NCBI GenBank assembly: GCA_963695855.1
Contig: CAVOHZ010000003.1
Location: 128,001-192,000 of the forward strand
Origin: an uncultured Nitrososphaerales archaeon
GTDB taxonomy: Archaea > Thermoproteota > Nitrososphaeria > Nitrososphaerales > Nitrososphaeraceae
DNA: 64,000 bases
Direction of reading: 5' to 3'
The notes under the pieces are model-generated. The model saw only the letters and a list, made by a program, of their open reading frames with translations, searched no databases and had not been told where the DNA came from. This document shows positions 21,038 through 31,587 of the stretch, piece by piece; position 1 is the stretch's first letter, and each line of letters begins with the position of its first letter. Both the position numbers and the translations under genes were made by a program.

Positions 21038-22060
21038 TCACAACACACCTACTAATTTAGCAATCTCCTTTCTGGAAGCCGATCCAAGTTCTGCTGCAGA
21101 AGTTTCAGGTAAAACTTTATTAATGAATACTCCAAATCCTTTTTCCAAGCCACTTAAAGCATATAATTGTGGGAATACTTCAATATGCCAATGAAATTGT
21201 CTACTATTCTTTTTCTCTGGAGATAGTTGAAAGATCAGATTAAATGAAGGACTTTTTAAAACGGATGACATACCCCCAATAGTAGCTCTAAGAATCATAG
21301 CCAGATCAAAAATTTCTTTCTGAGAAATTTTGGTTAATGTAGTGGAGTGTTTTTTTGGATATATGCAAAATTCATATGCATACATTGATGCCCACGGACA
21401 AAAAGCAAGAAAATTATCTGTTGCAAGAACTTGTCGTGGTCCATCAGATTCAGTAGAAATAGCAACGCACGAAGCACAGGTTCCATTTTCATTCACGAAC
21501 CTGTGAGATAATAACGCTTTGGACTCAATCGCAGGAGGAACCTCTGAGAAGGTAACTATATCTACGTGTGAATGATCTATCTTCGTTCCCGAGATCGGTC
21601 CACTATTTATAAAAGCTGATACATAGGTAACCTTTTTTTGAGTATAAAGCCACCTCATCCTATCTTGCAAAACCAGAAGAACGTTTGACCATTGTTCGAC
21701 GGAAATCTGAGAAAAATCTTCTGAATGGTTTGGTGTTGCAACTAATATTTGATGATATCCATAGGCGGGCTCACTATACAATGGTTTTTCAGTATATAAT
21801 GAAGAATTATTGGGTACGAGTATTGGATACCTACTGTTAAAAACCCTAACATCCCAATTTTTAATAATATTGCCTTCTGAGTCTGACAATCTTTGAAGCA
21901 TGCCACCTTTGATTACCAATGAAACAAGTGAAGGTTCTGTTAAATGTTCATTACCCGGACAATAAGGACACTCATTTGTAGTATTTTTTTTTATATCATT
22001 AACAATGTCAGGAAAAATTACAAATTTATCCATAACATAATCCTTTCTTAATTCTCCCAA
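21038..22060 (-). CDS. galactose-1-phosphate uridylyltransferase (GalT)-like protein
   Basis: ELRKD, CPYCPGNE, HSH, FHWHIE, GLEKGFGVFIN..PE. Confidence 0.85.
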   Translation of the reverse strand: MGELRKDYVMDKFVIFPDIVNDIKKNTTNECPYCPGNEHLTEPSLVSLVIKGGMLQRLSDSEGNIIKNWDVRVFNSRYPILVPNNSSLYTEKPLYSEPAYGYHQILVATPNHSEDFSQISVEQWSNVLLVLQDRMRWLYTQKKVTYVSAFINSGPISGTKIDHSHVDIVTFSEVPPAIESKALLSHRFVNENGTCASCVAISTESDGPRQVLATDNFLAFCPWASMYAYEFCIYPKKHSTTLTKISQKEIFDLAMILRATIGGMSSVLKSPSFNLIFQLSPEKKNSRQFHWHIEVFPQLYALSGLEKGFGVFINKVLPETSAAELGSASRKEIAKLVGVL

Positions 22061-22264
22061 CGTAATTTTCCTTTTAAAACGTCATTTCATCCTTTAATTA
22101 AAGGTTCTGGATCTAATGATAAATATTTTAAGACAATTGAACAAACATGATAACTAAAAATTAACAACGGTAAAATTCACTTTTGATAAGTTATCTTGTG
22201 AAAAGATTTTCAGAACCATAAGTTTAAAATATAGTTTCTGAATTGATAGAATTGATAAAATAGT

Positions 22265-22522
22265 ATGACAATGCCAAAAGGTTTTGGATCTAGTCCTAGT
22301 ACCACGGGAAAAAGAAGTTTTAACGATTGGTGGACCAATGTTCCCTCAGATTTAAAACAAAAAGCCAGAAAAGGAGACGAGAGTAATAAACCATTATTAA
22401 ATCAAGTGAATTATGTTTTATTACATCTTGGTCTTGCAGGAAAACATGACGCCAAACCATCACATGAAGAATTAAAAGATTGGTTGCACAGTGGTCAAGT
22501 AGACGTTATGAGAACTAAATAA
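22265..22522 (+). CDS. small hypothetical protein
   Basis: 85 aa, TATA-like element upstream, T-run directly after the stop. Confidence 0.75.
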   Translation: MTMPKGFGSSPSTTGKRSFNDWWTNVPSDLKQKARKGDESNKPLLNQVNYVLLHLGLAGKHDAKPSHEELKDWLHSGQVDVMRTK

Positions 22523-22532
22523 TCCCACAGCC

Positions 22533-22545
22533 TTTTTTTTTCTTT
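22533..22545 (+). terminator. oligo-T archaeal terminator candidate
   Basis: TTTTTTTTTCTTT about 10 nt after the stop at 22522. Confidence 0.5.
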
Positions 22546-22670
22546 GAGAAAATAAAATGTGAGTTTGATTTTATTATTTAGGCAGAAATAGAATTCAAAA
22601 TATCTAGAAAATTTACTTACCGATAATTACGTATCAAGTCGAATCAAACTCAAAAAGATTTAAATGATGA

Positions 22671-23723
22671 TCATTTGAACTCGTTCTGCAATATTTCTTT
22701 TTTCTTCCTCATATTAAAAATCTTATCAGTATGAGACAACGCATCATTGCGAGGTTTCTTAAAAATCATCGACTGAACCAATAAGTGGTTTTCTGGAATC
22801 ACCATGCCAGTCTGATCATCTGAATATGAAAATTTTAAAATATCATCTTGGCTTCTTATCAAGCTTTCATGAATATGGACCATATTGGTGTCACCGTGAG
22901 CAAATCCTAAATCCAATGCTTTCTTCCTTACATCAAGAGTACCCTTTGCAGAGTTCAGAATAGCAACCCCAAATTCATTTTGAAATATTTCTAATACTTG
23001 ATCTTTTGAAGGTGATTTATTTTTAAATCTTATAAGTATCTGGTGTAAATGCATCATCCTAGAAGGAACCTTGAAGGCTTCGATGTATAGGTTGACATCA
23101 GGAATAAAATCTTTGACATCGTCTTGATGGTGGGGATGCGAATCCCATTCTATTGAATCTTTGACTTCTTTCGAATCCTCTAAGTCAGCCCATCTTCTAA
23201 TAAGAGTAACATCATATCGTAGAATATCATCACTGAATTTCTCAATTAATGGTTGCATGATTCTGCCCATCCCAGAAACGTTACAACTTCCTTGCATCAC
23301 ATAGGATTTTCCTGCTGCTTTATCATAATTTACTCTCGAATTATGTATCATATCAGCAACTGAATATTCTCCTTGTCTATCTTCCCCTCCTTGAAATATT
23401 GCCTTTTTTTTCATTGGAACATACAACATTAGTTTATTTTTATATCCCATCCCCTCTTTTGCCGCGTCAATAATCATCTCAGAATAACTAATTCCATCTT
23501 CAATGTAACCTGCAAATTCTAATTTTTTTCTCACAAATTCATTTTCCAAAGTTTTAGGGATAAAAACTCTGTAACCTTTAGATATGGCTTCTTTAGCTCT
23601 TTCATCAGCACTATACTTTGCTATTCCCACCAACTCTATTTCCTCATCTGCACTAAAATAAGTTGCCAGCCTTCTACCAATATTACCATAACCGTTAATG
23701 AATAATTTTACCATTCTAACCAC
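22671..23723 (-). CDS. gap: type II (archaeal) glyceraldehyde-3-phosphate dehydrogenase
   Basis: INGYGNIGRR, FQGGE, GSCN, RRWAD, HHQDDV, VIPEN. Confidence 0.9.
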   Translation of the reverse strand: MVRMVKLFINGYGNIGRRLATYFSADEEIELVGIAKYSADERAKEAISKGYRVFIPKTLENEFVRKKLEFAGYIEDGISYSEMIIDAAKEGMGYKNKLMLYVPMKKKAIFQGGEDRQGEYSVADMIHNSRVNYDKAAGKSYVMQGSCNVSGMGRIMQPLIEKFSDDILRYDVTLIRRWADLEDSKEVKDSIEWDSHPHHQDDVKDFIPDVNLYIEAFKVPSRMMHLHQILIRFKNKSPSKDQVLEIFQNEFGVAILNSAKGTLDVRKKALDLGFAHGDTNMVHIHESLIRSQDDILKFSYSDDQTGMVIPENHLLVQSMIFKKPRNDALSHTDKIFNMRKKKEILQNEFK

Positions 23724-23872
23724 TAAAATCTTATTTGATGTATGAAATTATAATACAATATATTTTTATTTCGAAACAATATTTATAAATTTGTTATTAT
23801 TTGTGAATTTACAGAAAATTATAGAATTTCCTTTATCTGCTCCTGTTTAGGATAGCTTTAATAGATGAATGA

Positions 23873-24484
23873 TTGGTAGTAAAATCACCAACATTAATGA
23901 AACTATTAATTATCGATAATTATGATTCATTCGTTTATAATATTGCTCAATTAATTGGAAAAAAGAATATCGAGACTTTGATATATAGAAATGATAAAAT
24001 TGCGCTAAAAACGATACTAAAATTGGATCCTGATGGAATTATATTATCACCAGGTCCTGGAACTCCAGAAAATAAAAAATATTTCGGAATTTGTGATAAT
24101 ATCATTAAAGTACTTGGAGTGAAAATTCCGATTTTGGGTATATGCTTGGGTCACCAAGGCATTGCGTCTGCTTTCGGTGGAAGAATAGTTAATGCTAAAA
24201 AAACAAGGCATGGTAAGACAAGCCAGATTTCTTTTATGCCAGACCCTATCTTTGATGGATTAAAAAATCCCTTCGTTGCAACTAGATATCATTCGCTAAT
24301 AGCAGATAAAAAAACTCTTCCAAAGTGTTTGAAAGTTATTGCAAATTCATTAGATGATAGTGAAATAATGGCACTCACACATGAAAAATATCCAATAAAA
24401 GGAGTACAATTTCATCCCGAATCGATTCTGACTGGTGAAGGTATTAAATTATTAAGTAATTTTATCACATTTACTAGAAAATGA
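23873..24484 (+). CDS. trpG: anthranilate synthase component II (glutamine amidotransferase)
   Basis: IIDNYDSF, SPGPG, LGICLGHQ, RYHSL, VQFHPES; 4-bp overlap with trpD. Confidence 0.9.
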   Translation: MVVKSPTLMKLLIIDNYDSFVYNIAQLIGKKNIETLIYRNDKIALKTILKLDPDGIILSPGPGTPENKKYFGICDNIIKVLGVKIPILGICLGHQGIASAFGGRIVNAKKTRHGKTSQISFMPDPIFDGLKNPFVATRYHSLIADKKTLPKCLKVIANSLDDSEIMALTHEKYPIKGVQFHPESILTGEGIKLLSNFITFTRK

Positions 24485-25566
24485 CAAACGATTCATACTC
24501 TCGGGGCCTGAGTCAAACCATTAAAAAATTAGAAAGAAAAATAGATCTCTCTTATTCGGAATCTTATAATATGTTTAAAAGAATTATTAATTGCGAGTTC
24601 ACAGATCTTGAAGTTTTTTCGATCTTAAAGGCATTGGGCAATAAGGGAGAATCTATTGATGAAATAATAGCTTTGGTCGATATTATTTATGATAAAGCAA
24701 TAAGGATAACACCGAATATTAAAGGAAGTTTAATTGACATTTGCGGTACTGGTGGCGATAAAATAAATACTTTTAATATAAGTACTGCATCTAGTATAGT
24801 TGCGTCAGCTGTTGGATGCAAGATAGCAAAACATGGTAATAGATCTTCCTCTGGAATTTCTGGAAGTTCGGATTTTTTGGAAGCAATAGGTTTGGATTTA
24901 ATAAAAGCGTCAGAAAATGCTTCACGTTCTATTGAAACTATAGGGATAGGATTTCTCTTCGCACCTTTTTTTCATCCAACTTTAAAAAGTCTATCAAAAC
25001 TTAGGCGATCTATTGGTATGAGAACTATTTTTAACATCGTCGGTCCGTTGTGCAATCCGTGTACCAATCTTACTGGACAAGTAATTGGAGTATATGATCA
25101 TATACTCTCTGAAAAGATATCGAAGGTAGCCTTAAAAAAGGAAGATAGAAAATACATGATTGTTTACTCTCTGGATGGCGTTGATGAATTGACAAATAGT
25201 GGATTGAATAATATCACTATAGTTGACAAAGGAAGGATCGATAAATATAAGTTTTTTTCAACGAATTTTGGGATTACGATTGCTCCAATTGAAAAATTGT
25301 CGATAAAAAACAGGGAAGAATCTATAAGATTAACTTTGCAAGCAATTTATGGGACGGCAGAAAAAGAAATAGAAGATGTAGTTGTTATAAATTCTGCGGC
25401 CTCATTAATCATAGGAGATATCGTAAATAATTTTAAAGATGCGATAGAAATTTCTAGGGAATCGATAAAAACCCAAAAAGCCAGAAAAAAACTCGAGACC
25501 CTGATAGAGAAATATGGAGAAAAAGAAAAATTGATCGAGACAGAAAAAAAATTCCAATTATCATGA
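24481..25566 (+). CDS. trpD: anthranilate phosphoribosyltransferase
   Basis: DICGTGGD, FNIST, AKHGNRS, RTIFNIVGPL. Confidence 0.95.
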   Translation: MTNDSYSRGLSQTIKKLERKIDLSYSESYNMFKRIINCEFTDLEVFSILKALGNKGESIDEIIALVDIIYDKAIRITPNIKGSLIDICGTGGDKINTFNISTASSIVASAVGCKIAKHGNRSSSGISGSSDFLEAIGLDLIKASENASRSIETIGIGFLFAPFFHPTLKSLSKLRRSIGMRTIFNIVGPLCNPCTNLTGQVIGVYDHILSEKISKVALKKEDRKYMIVYSLDGVDELTNSGLNNITIVDKGRIDKYKFFSTNFGITIAPIEKLSIKNREESIRLTLQAIYGTAEKEIEDVVVINSAASLIIGDIVNNFKDAIEISRESIKTQKARKKLETLIEKYGEKEKLIETEKKFQLS

Positions 25567-25639
25567 TATAACTATAGTTACGTATTATCTCCAACTAAAA
25601 ACAGGTAAAATAAAATAATTAGAAAATGAAGAGGAAATG

Positions 25640-25668
25640 ATATTTGCAATGATGCAAATATTTATATG
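25640..25668 (+). promoter_or_regulatory. 9-bp inverted repeat abutting a TATA box upstream of rps24e
   Basis: ATATTTGCA-ATGA-TGCAAATAT followed by TTTATATG. Confidence 0.45.
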
Positions 25669-25682
25669 AGTTTAACAAAAGA

Positions 25683-26054
25683 ATGCAGATATTGAGCTTT
25701 CAGTTAACAACATTGCAAGATCAAGAGAATATCCTACTTGGAAGGAGAGAAGTGAAATATTTCATAAAAGAAGCCGCTGGTAAAATAAGCAGGTTAGAAT
25801 TGATAAGTTTAATAGAGAAGAGCCTTGGAATACAAAAGGATAAAATTTATCCAATTGAATTAAAGACTGAAAAAGGCAAAAATCATGTTAATGCACTAGT
25901 TTATATCTACGATAAAAAAGAACAATCTGACCGACAGCTACCCAAGTATCGAATACTTAGAAGGCTTTCAAAAGAGGAAAGAAAGAAAATATTAGACGAA
26001 GAGAAAGCAGCTAAGCTAAAGGCAAAACAGGCTGCAAAAGCAGATGCGAAGTAG
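25683..26054 (+). CDS. rps24e: 30S ribosomal protein S24e
   Basis: [10 protein letters not shown]...SRLE...G pattern; adjacent to S27ae; the true start may be TTG 25692. Confidence 0.88.
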   Translation: MQILSFQLTTLQDQENILLGRREVKYFIKEAAGKISRLELISLIEKSLGIQKDKIYPIELKTEKGKNHVNALVYIYDKKEQSDRQLPKYRILRRLSKEERKKILDEEKAAKLKAKQAAKADAK

Positions 26055-26074
26055 ATCAGTTCCTGGCGATAGAG

Positions 26075-26260
26075 ATGGTTGACAAGAAGAAAAATAAAGA
26101 TTCTAAAATTTATAAATTCTACAAATTTGAGAATGATGTAGTAAAAAGAGTTAGAAGAGAATGTCCGAGGTGTGGGAAGGGAATATTCATGGCTGAACAT
26201 AAAGACAGACATACATGTGGAAAATGTGGATTTACTGAGTTCCTTCATAAAAAGCAATAA
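26075..26260 (+). CDS. rps27ae: 30S ribosomal protein S27ae
   Basis: [23 protein letters not shown]. Confidence 0.97.
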   Translation: MVDKKKNKDSKIYKFYKFENDVVKRVRRECPRCGKGIFMAEHKDRHTCGKCGFTEFLHKKQ

Positions 26261-26970
26261 TCATTAGTTGTTATGATGATTAGTATTGTATTAATAAATT
26301 AAAAGTAACAGAAATTCATTAGTTCTTCCTAAGGAAGTTACTATAAATTATATTTTTTCCGAAAATCGAAGTGTTAGAAAATTTAAGATTAGAATAAATT
26401 TTTCTCTTTTATTTTTTCATTTCACTTTTTTTAAAATTGTTTGTATCTTATGAGAGAAGAAGGAGGATTCCGACAACATAAGATACTTCTTTATTTTCTA
26501 TTATTTCATCTTTCATCTTTAATAATCGAATACTATGGTTAAGAGATAAAAATCCAGATAAATATTTTGTTCGGGTTACCATATTATCAATTACTATAAT
26601 TGTCGGCAAGAGAATTCTAACAGTCAATTCTTTTGTAAATTGTTGAATGATCAGCTTTTTAAGAAAGTGAACTTTCGGAACATTATTGATCAATTATACT
26701 AAATAAGAAATAACAAGACAAATAATCTTCTTTCACTCAATATTTCAAAAACTTTAATATTAAATAGGCTACATTATCACATTTTTAAATATATAATAAA
26801 TTATTCGATTATTCGATGCAGTTCTAAAATTACTAAATTTTCAAAGATGATTAAGAAATAATTTTATATGTCCATCTTTCATGATATCAAAATGCGACTA
26901 GAAAAAAATGAAATAGCGTATTTTTGCTTTGCTAGTATACCGCCGTAAAAAAATTCAAAAGTTATTACGA

Positions 26971-27684
26971 TTATCTTTCCAATATATATCTTAACCTATT
27001 TTTAAGACTAGGCTCGACTTGAAAATTCAAAATAGAGGACACTGGTATTGAAACATTATTATCTTCTAGGCGAATTTTTCTAATCATCAATCCTCTGTTT
27101 ATCCAATTTTTAACTACCTGCTCTTCCAAATGTACATCTTTAAACCCATCTTGAAACTTGTTTTTTAAACATGTCAATAGATTGTTGTCGTTTTTGAATA
27201 GTTTCTTTGCATCAAACAAATGTTCAAAATCATCATATTTTTCTTCATAGAAAGTACTTTTTACATTATCTGAATGAATGTTCATTTTCATAAAACGATT
27301 TACTAAACTCACATAATGTAAAAACTCGTGTGCAAGTATCGTATGTATCGAACTCTTCAATCCATAGACGACAAGAGGGGCCGTTATCTGAATAAAAATA
27401 GATAAATCGCCATTCTTATTAATATCTGGAATAGTTCTAGCAAAAAGGAGACCATACTGGTCAACCTCTACCAAGGATGATGATACTACAAGACTAGGTT
27501 CAATATAATATGGGGGGAATTTTATCATACTTGTTTTTTCAATTCTTTTGATCCCATCCAACAAAATGGAAAACCGTTTTAAAATAATTTCATATATTTC
27601 CCTAGGTATCAATTTATTGAGAAAAGCATCATTAATAGCAGTTAGAGGTTCATAATCCATTATTAGATAAGATGAAAATATCAT
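26971..27684 (-). CDS. hypothetical protein with HEXXH (zincin-like) motif
   Basis: ILAHEFLHY. Confidence 0.75.
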   Translation of the reverse strand: MIFSSYLIMDYEPLTAINDAFLNKLIPREIYEIILKRFSILLDGIKRIEKTSMIKFPPYYIEPSLVVSSSLVEVDQYGLLFARTIPDINKNGDLSIFIQITAPLVVYGLKSSIHTILAHEFLHYVSLVNRFMKMNIHSDNVKSTFYEEKYDDFEHLFDAKKLFKNDNNLLTCLKNKFQDGFKDVHLEEQVVKNWINRGLMIRKIRLEDNNVSIPVSSILNFQVEPSLKNRLRYILER

Positions 27685-27697
27685 AAATATAAAAAAA

Positions 27698-28849
27698 TTA
27701 CGCGGCAGTTATATCCAGAACGTCAAATTTTATACAAGTGCATTTATTACCAATATATGATGAAACATTTGGTTCTATCCAATCCTTTCCCTCTATAAAC
27801 TGCTTTATGAACAATCCGCCATCTGACAAAACGGTAACAACAAAATCATATTCATCTAATCTCTTAACAGAGATTTTGTAGATTCTTCTTTGAACTATTT
27901 TTGTTTTGTTTCTATATTTTATTGTAGAATTTTTCAGTTGGATTAGTTTCACTAAATTTAAATTGTTTATAGGAGACAGTGTTTTCACATAGGCTTTTGT
28001 TTTTGATTTATAATTTATGGTGTATTTTTTTATTGATTCTTTTTTTTCTTTTATCTGAAATATTATTCCATCTTCTTGGAAAATAATATTCTTTTTTATT
28101 TTCCTTTTTTTTGGGTTAATGATTTGGGCTATAAAAAATCTTCCCTTCCCTAAAACCATACTATTTTGATCTTCGCCTCCCATCCATGTAAAATTTACAT
28201 TATCACAAGAGGTAAAATCCATCAAATGACGTTTTATGATCACTTCAATTGATTTTTTTTGACTATTGTTTTCTATCAGGTTACATATCGTACATCCTCT
28301 TCCTTCACAATTATCACATTTCATTTTCCTTTGATGCATAAGTTTTTTCTTTGTATATCTACAGATCAAGTAGTACGGACGGGTTTGAAAGTCAACAGAA
28401 AATTCAAGATCATGAGATATTGAAAGATTTATCACCATATCAGGAGATTGTATTTTTAGAGGCTTTTTTAAAACTTTTTCAAAATTATTTCTCACTGCAT
28501 GATTAAAAGCTGATTTGATACTCTCTTCTCCACGTAGTTGAAAAAGAGACCTGAAATGATCTTCATTATCAAATAAATATGCAGGAAGAGAAGATCCCAA
28601 AGAATAAGAATCAAATTCATATTTATTTTCAATAGATATAAGAAACGTTATTTCCTTTACAATTTCTTCTATGAGATCAAATAATCCCCTACAAATAAAA
28701 CAGTTTGAGCTAGAGTTATCTGTACTTGTTGTTTTATGATCTTTAAGCATCGCGTACTTCCCAAACAATGTTTTTGCTGTATTGTTTCTTTTTAAACAAT
28801 AATCACATAGAATATAAAAATCATTGATAATATTTCCAGATTGTTTCAA
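27698..28849 (-). CDS. pus10: Pus10-family tRNA pseudouridine 54/55 synthase, divergent active site
   Basis: N-terminal CxxC...CxxC/THUMP region, GGEDQNSMVLGKGR, DGGLFIKQFIEG, PNVS, FDVLDI; downstream of SRP54. Confidence 0.85.
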   Translation of the reverse strand: MKQSGNIINDFYILCDYCLKRNNTAKTLFGKYAMLKDHKTTSTDNSSSNCFICRGLFDLIEEIVKEITFLISIENKYEFDSYSLGSSLPAYLFDNEDHFRSLFQLRGEESIKSAFNHAVRNNFEKVLKKPLKIQSPDMVINLSISHDLEFSVDFQTRPYYLICRYTKKKLMHQRKMKCDNCEGRGCTICNLIENNSQKKSIEVIIKRHLMDFTSCDNVNFTWMGGEDQNSMVLGKGRFFIAQIINPKKRKIKKNIIFQEDGIIFQIKEKKESIKKYTINYKSKTKAYVKTLSPINNLNLVKLIQLKNSTIKYRNKTKIVQRRIYKISVKRLDEYDFVVTVLSDGGLFIKQFIEGKDWIEPNVSSYIGNKCTCIKFDVLDITAA

Positions 28850-28887
28850 ATTATTATTGCACTTAACTATTGTTATTATTAGTTACA

Positions 28888-30255
28888 TTAACCAAAACCG
28901 AAACGTCTCAACATTCCATGCATCTGTCTGCCTTTTGCCTGTTTCATCATACTTTTTGAATTATTGTATTGTTTTATCATTTCTTTAACATCATGTTCCA
29001 TTATACCTGATCCTCTTGAAATTCGTTTTCTCCTTGAATCATTGATCACATTTGGATCTTTTTTTTCCTCTTTTGTCATTGATTGTATAACAAATCTCCA
29101 TTTTTCAATCTTTGTTTGTAAAATATCTAGTTGTTCATCTTTTACCATACCAGAAAGTCCTGGAAGATTTTCCATTACATTTCTAAAACCCATTTTACTT
29201 ACATTTTCCATTTGAGAATAGAAATCTTCTATAGTCATTCTACCACCTAATAATCTTTTAGCTTGGTTTGCATCTGCTTCCAATTCAAGGCTTTTTGCCA
29301 TTTCTAACAATGCCTTGATATCTCCCATCCCCAATATGCGACCTACAAATCTAGTTGGAGAAAATAATTCTAAATCATCAATCCTTTCACCAGTCCCGAT
29401 AAACATAATTTTAGCTCCTGTGGCTGCAGAAGCTGCTAAAGCACCCCCACCCTTGGCAGTTCCATCTAGTTTAGTGATCAAAATTCCTCCTACTGGAGCA
29501 GCATCGTGAAATGCTTTTGCCTGATTGTATGCCTGCTGTCCAATAGTACCGTCTATTACTAGGATGACTATATCAGGATTAACAACATTATACATATCAT
29601 TCATTTCCTGTAATAATCCTGACTCTTCTTTGTGTCTTCCCGCTGTATCTACAATAATTACATCATAATCCAGATTATTATAATACTCTAATCCATTTCT
29701 CACTATAGAAACAGGATCCTTATTATCTTCTTCTCCATAAACTTCCACTTTAATTTTAATGCTATTCATCTTTAATTGTGTAAGAGCGCCAGGTCTCCAT
29801 GTATCTGCACCAATAATAGCGGTTTTATATCCATGCCTGGTTAACCATCTCGCAAGTTTAACAGTACATGTAGTTTTTCCGCTTCCCTGGATACCAAGCA
29901 TCAAAATGATATTCTTCTTCCCAGGTTTAAAATTTAGAGACTCTTTTTCTTCCGAATAAGATTTCTCTATATTAGTTATGCTTGTTCCGCTATATCCAAG
30001 TAAAGAAGCAATTTCATTATAAAGTATTGTAATAATATGATCTTTTCTTGATAATCCTTTTGGAGGCTGTTCATTCAAGGCACGATCTTTTAAATTCTTT
30101 GTAATAGAAAGCACCAATTTAACATTAATATCAGATTGCAATAATGATCTTTGGATATCCTTACAGAGAGAATCAATCAATTCTTCATTTATATCCGATG
30201 CTCCTACTATTTTTTTGAGAGCGCTTCTTAATCCTATCCGTAGATTATCAAACAT
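28888..30255 (-). CDS. srp54: signal recognition particle protein Srp54
   Basis: [26 protein letters not shown], Met-rich M domain. Confidence 0.97.
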   Translation of the reverse strand: MFDNLRIGLRSALKKIVGASDINEELIDSLCKDIQRSLLQSDINVKLVLSITKNLKDRALNEQPPKGLSRKDHIITILYNEIASLLGYSGTSITNIEKSYSEEKESLNFKPGKKNIILMLGIQGSGKTTCTVKLARWLTRHGYKTAIIGADTWRPGALTQLKMNSIKIKVEVYGEEDNKDPVSIVRNGLEYYNNLDYDVIIVDTAGRHKEESGLLQEMNDMYNVVNPDIVILVIDGTIGQQAYNQAKAFHDAAPVGGILITKLDGTAKGGGALAASAATGAKIMFIGTGERIDDLELFSPTRFVGRILGMGDIKALLEMAKSLELEADANQAKRLLGGRMTIEDFYSQMENVSKMGFRNVMENLPGLSGMVKDEQLDILQTKIEKWRFVIQSMTKEEKKDPNVINDSRRKRISRGSGIMEHDVKEMIKQYNNSKSMMKQAKGRQMHGMLRRFGFG

Positions 30256-30256
30256 T

Positions 30257-30943
30257 TTACTTATCCATTAATACAATATCCGTTATTTCTAATATACCTC
30301 TTTGTCCATCCCATTTAGTCTTTGAATTAAGTATTTGTAATCTCTTTTCATAGATTGGACAGTCAATTACAAGTGTTTCTGCTTCTCCTCCTTCAAATGT
30401 CACATTAAACCCATATTTCTCGCTTAGCAAAAATAATTTTTCAAGTTTATCTTGATCTATAATTGTGCCTAACCAAGTCTCGTCCAGTCCCATCGCAGAA
30501 ACGCCAACTATGAGTATGGAGAATTTATGAATGAGTAGTTGCTTCATATATGAAAATTGGTCAGCTTCCCATAGTGGAGAATAAAGTATCAAATCATTAT
30601 CTTTACAAATATTATTAAAAATATTTTTTTGAAAATTTGAGAACAATCCTCCATTGACTAATCCTTCGATGTTGAATTCTTCCTTGGCAATTTTTACCAA
30701 ATGATCTAGAGATTTTATTTCATTATCTAAATTGTTAATTGGAATGTTACATTCAATAATTGGTATATTCATAGCTTGAGATTGCAATTTAGGAACCTCT
30801 ATATTTGGGAAGTGAAATAGAAGACTTTCTTCATTAGATGGATATAATGTAATCAAACATTCTATTGAAAATCCTCTTTTCTTAGCAAGATAGATAGCAT
30901 ATGTACTATCCTTACCCCCGGAGAAAAGACTCGCTAGTTTCAT
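30257..30943 (-). CDS. dph6: diphthine--ammonia ligase
   Basis: LFSGGKDS, PLW, EGGEAETLVIDCP. Confidence 0.9.
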   Translation of the reverse strand: MKLASLFSGGKDSTYAIYLAKKRGFSIECLITLYPSNEESLLFHFPNIEVPKLQSQAMNIPIIECNIPINNLDNEIKSLDHLVKIAKEEFNIEGLVNGGLFSNFQKNIFNNICKDNDLILYSPLWEADQFSYMKQLLIHKFSILIVGVSAMGLDETWLGTIIDQDKLEKLFLLSEKYGFNVTFEGGEAETLVIDCPIYEKRLQILNSKTKWDGQRGILEITDIVLMDK

Positions 30944-31013
30944 TATTTATATCAATTAAATGAATAATATATATAAAAATAAAAAATGGTTAATCAGATG
31001 ATACTTTTGATTA

Positions 31014-31319
31014 TTACATAGTGGAGATTGAATTATGCTGCTGAATGGTTGCGTAATTTGACTGCTCCGAGATCTCTGGGAACAATCCTGCTAATTTATC
31101 ATGTTTGTCTAGAAAATCTACTCCCATAGACGTCGTTTTGTATAAGCCAGTAACTTTGGAATATTCCATTAATCCTTGTTCAACTGCTAAACGCAAATAT
31201 CTAGTTATTTGAGAATGAGATACAGACGCCTTATTCATTATAGTTGTTTGATATTCCCATTTATTGGCAGCACAACGAATTATAGATGCAATTATTCCTA
31301 TATCAGTTCTATTTTTCAA
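31014..31319 (-). CDS. winged-helix transcriptional regulator (HTH_45-like)
   Basis: NRTDIGIIASII...TTIMNKA..S..QI..YL...GL...YKTT..G. Confidence 0.8.
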   Translation of the reverse strand: MKNRTDIGIIASIIRCAANKWEYQTTIMNKASVSHSQITRYLRLAVEQGLMEYSKVTGLYKTTSMGVDFLDKHDKLAGLFPEISEQSNYATIQQHNSISTM

Positions 31320-31587
31320 AGATTCTTACCTCTTTCATCATTCTATGAATGCTGGATGATAGAATTCATTTTAAATAATAAAAAAACCTTTGACAATTAT
31401 TAACGACAAAGTTGTTTGTTAAATTAAAACTGATATAAAGAAATATTAAAAATTAATTAGAACACCTCAGCAACTCATAATCTTCGTCACATACAAATTA
31501 CAATGTGTATCGGACGGCTCTTCCTATACTTCATCGGCATTAAATATGTTTATTACCTTTAATTTAAATTGATCATTATTCAAGACC

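Noticed and set aside
26448-26693. 81-aa ORF downstream of rps27ae
   Set aside because: No motif; may be gene debris but cannot be supported
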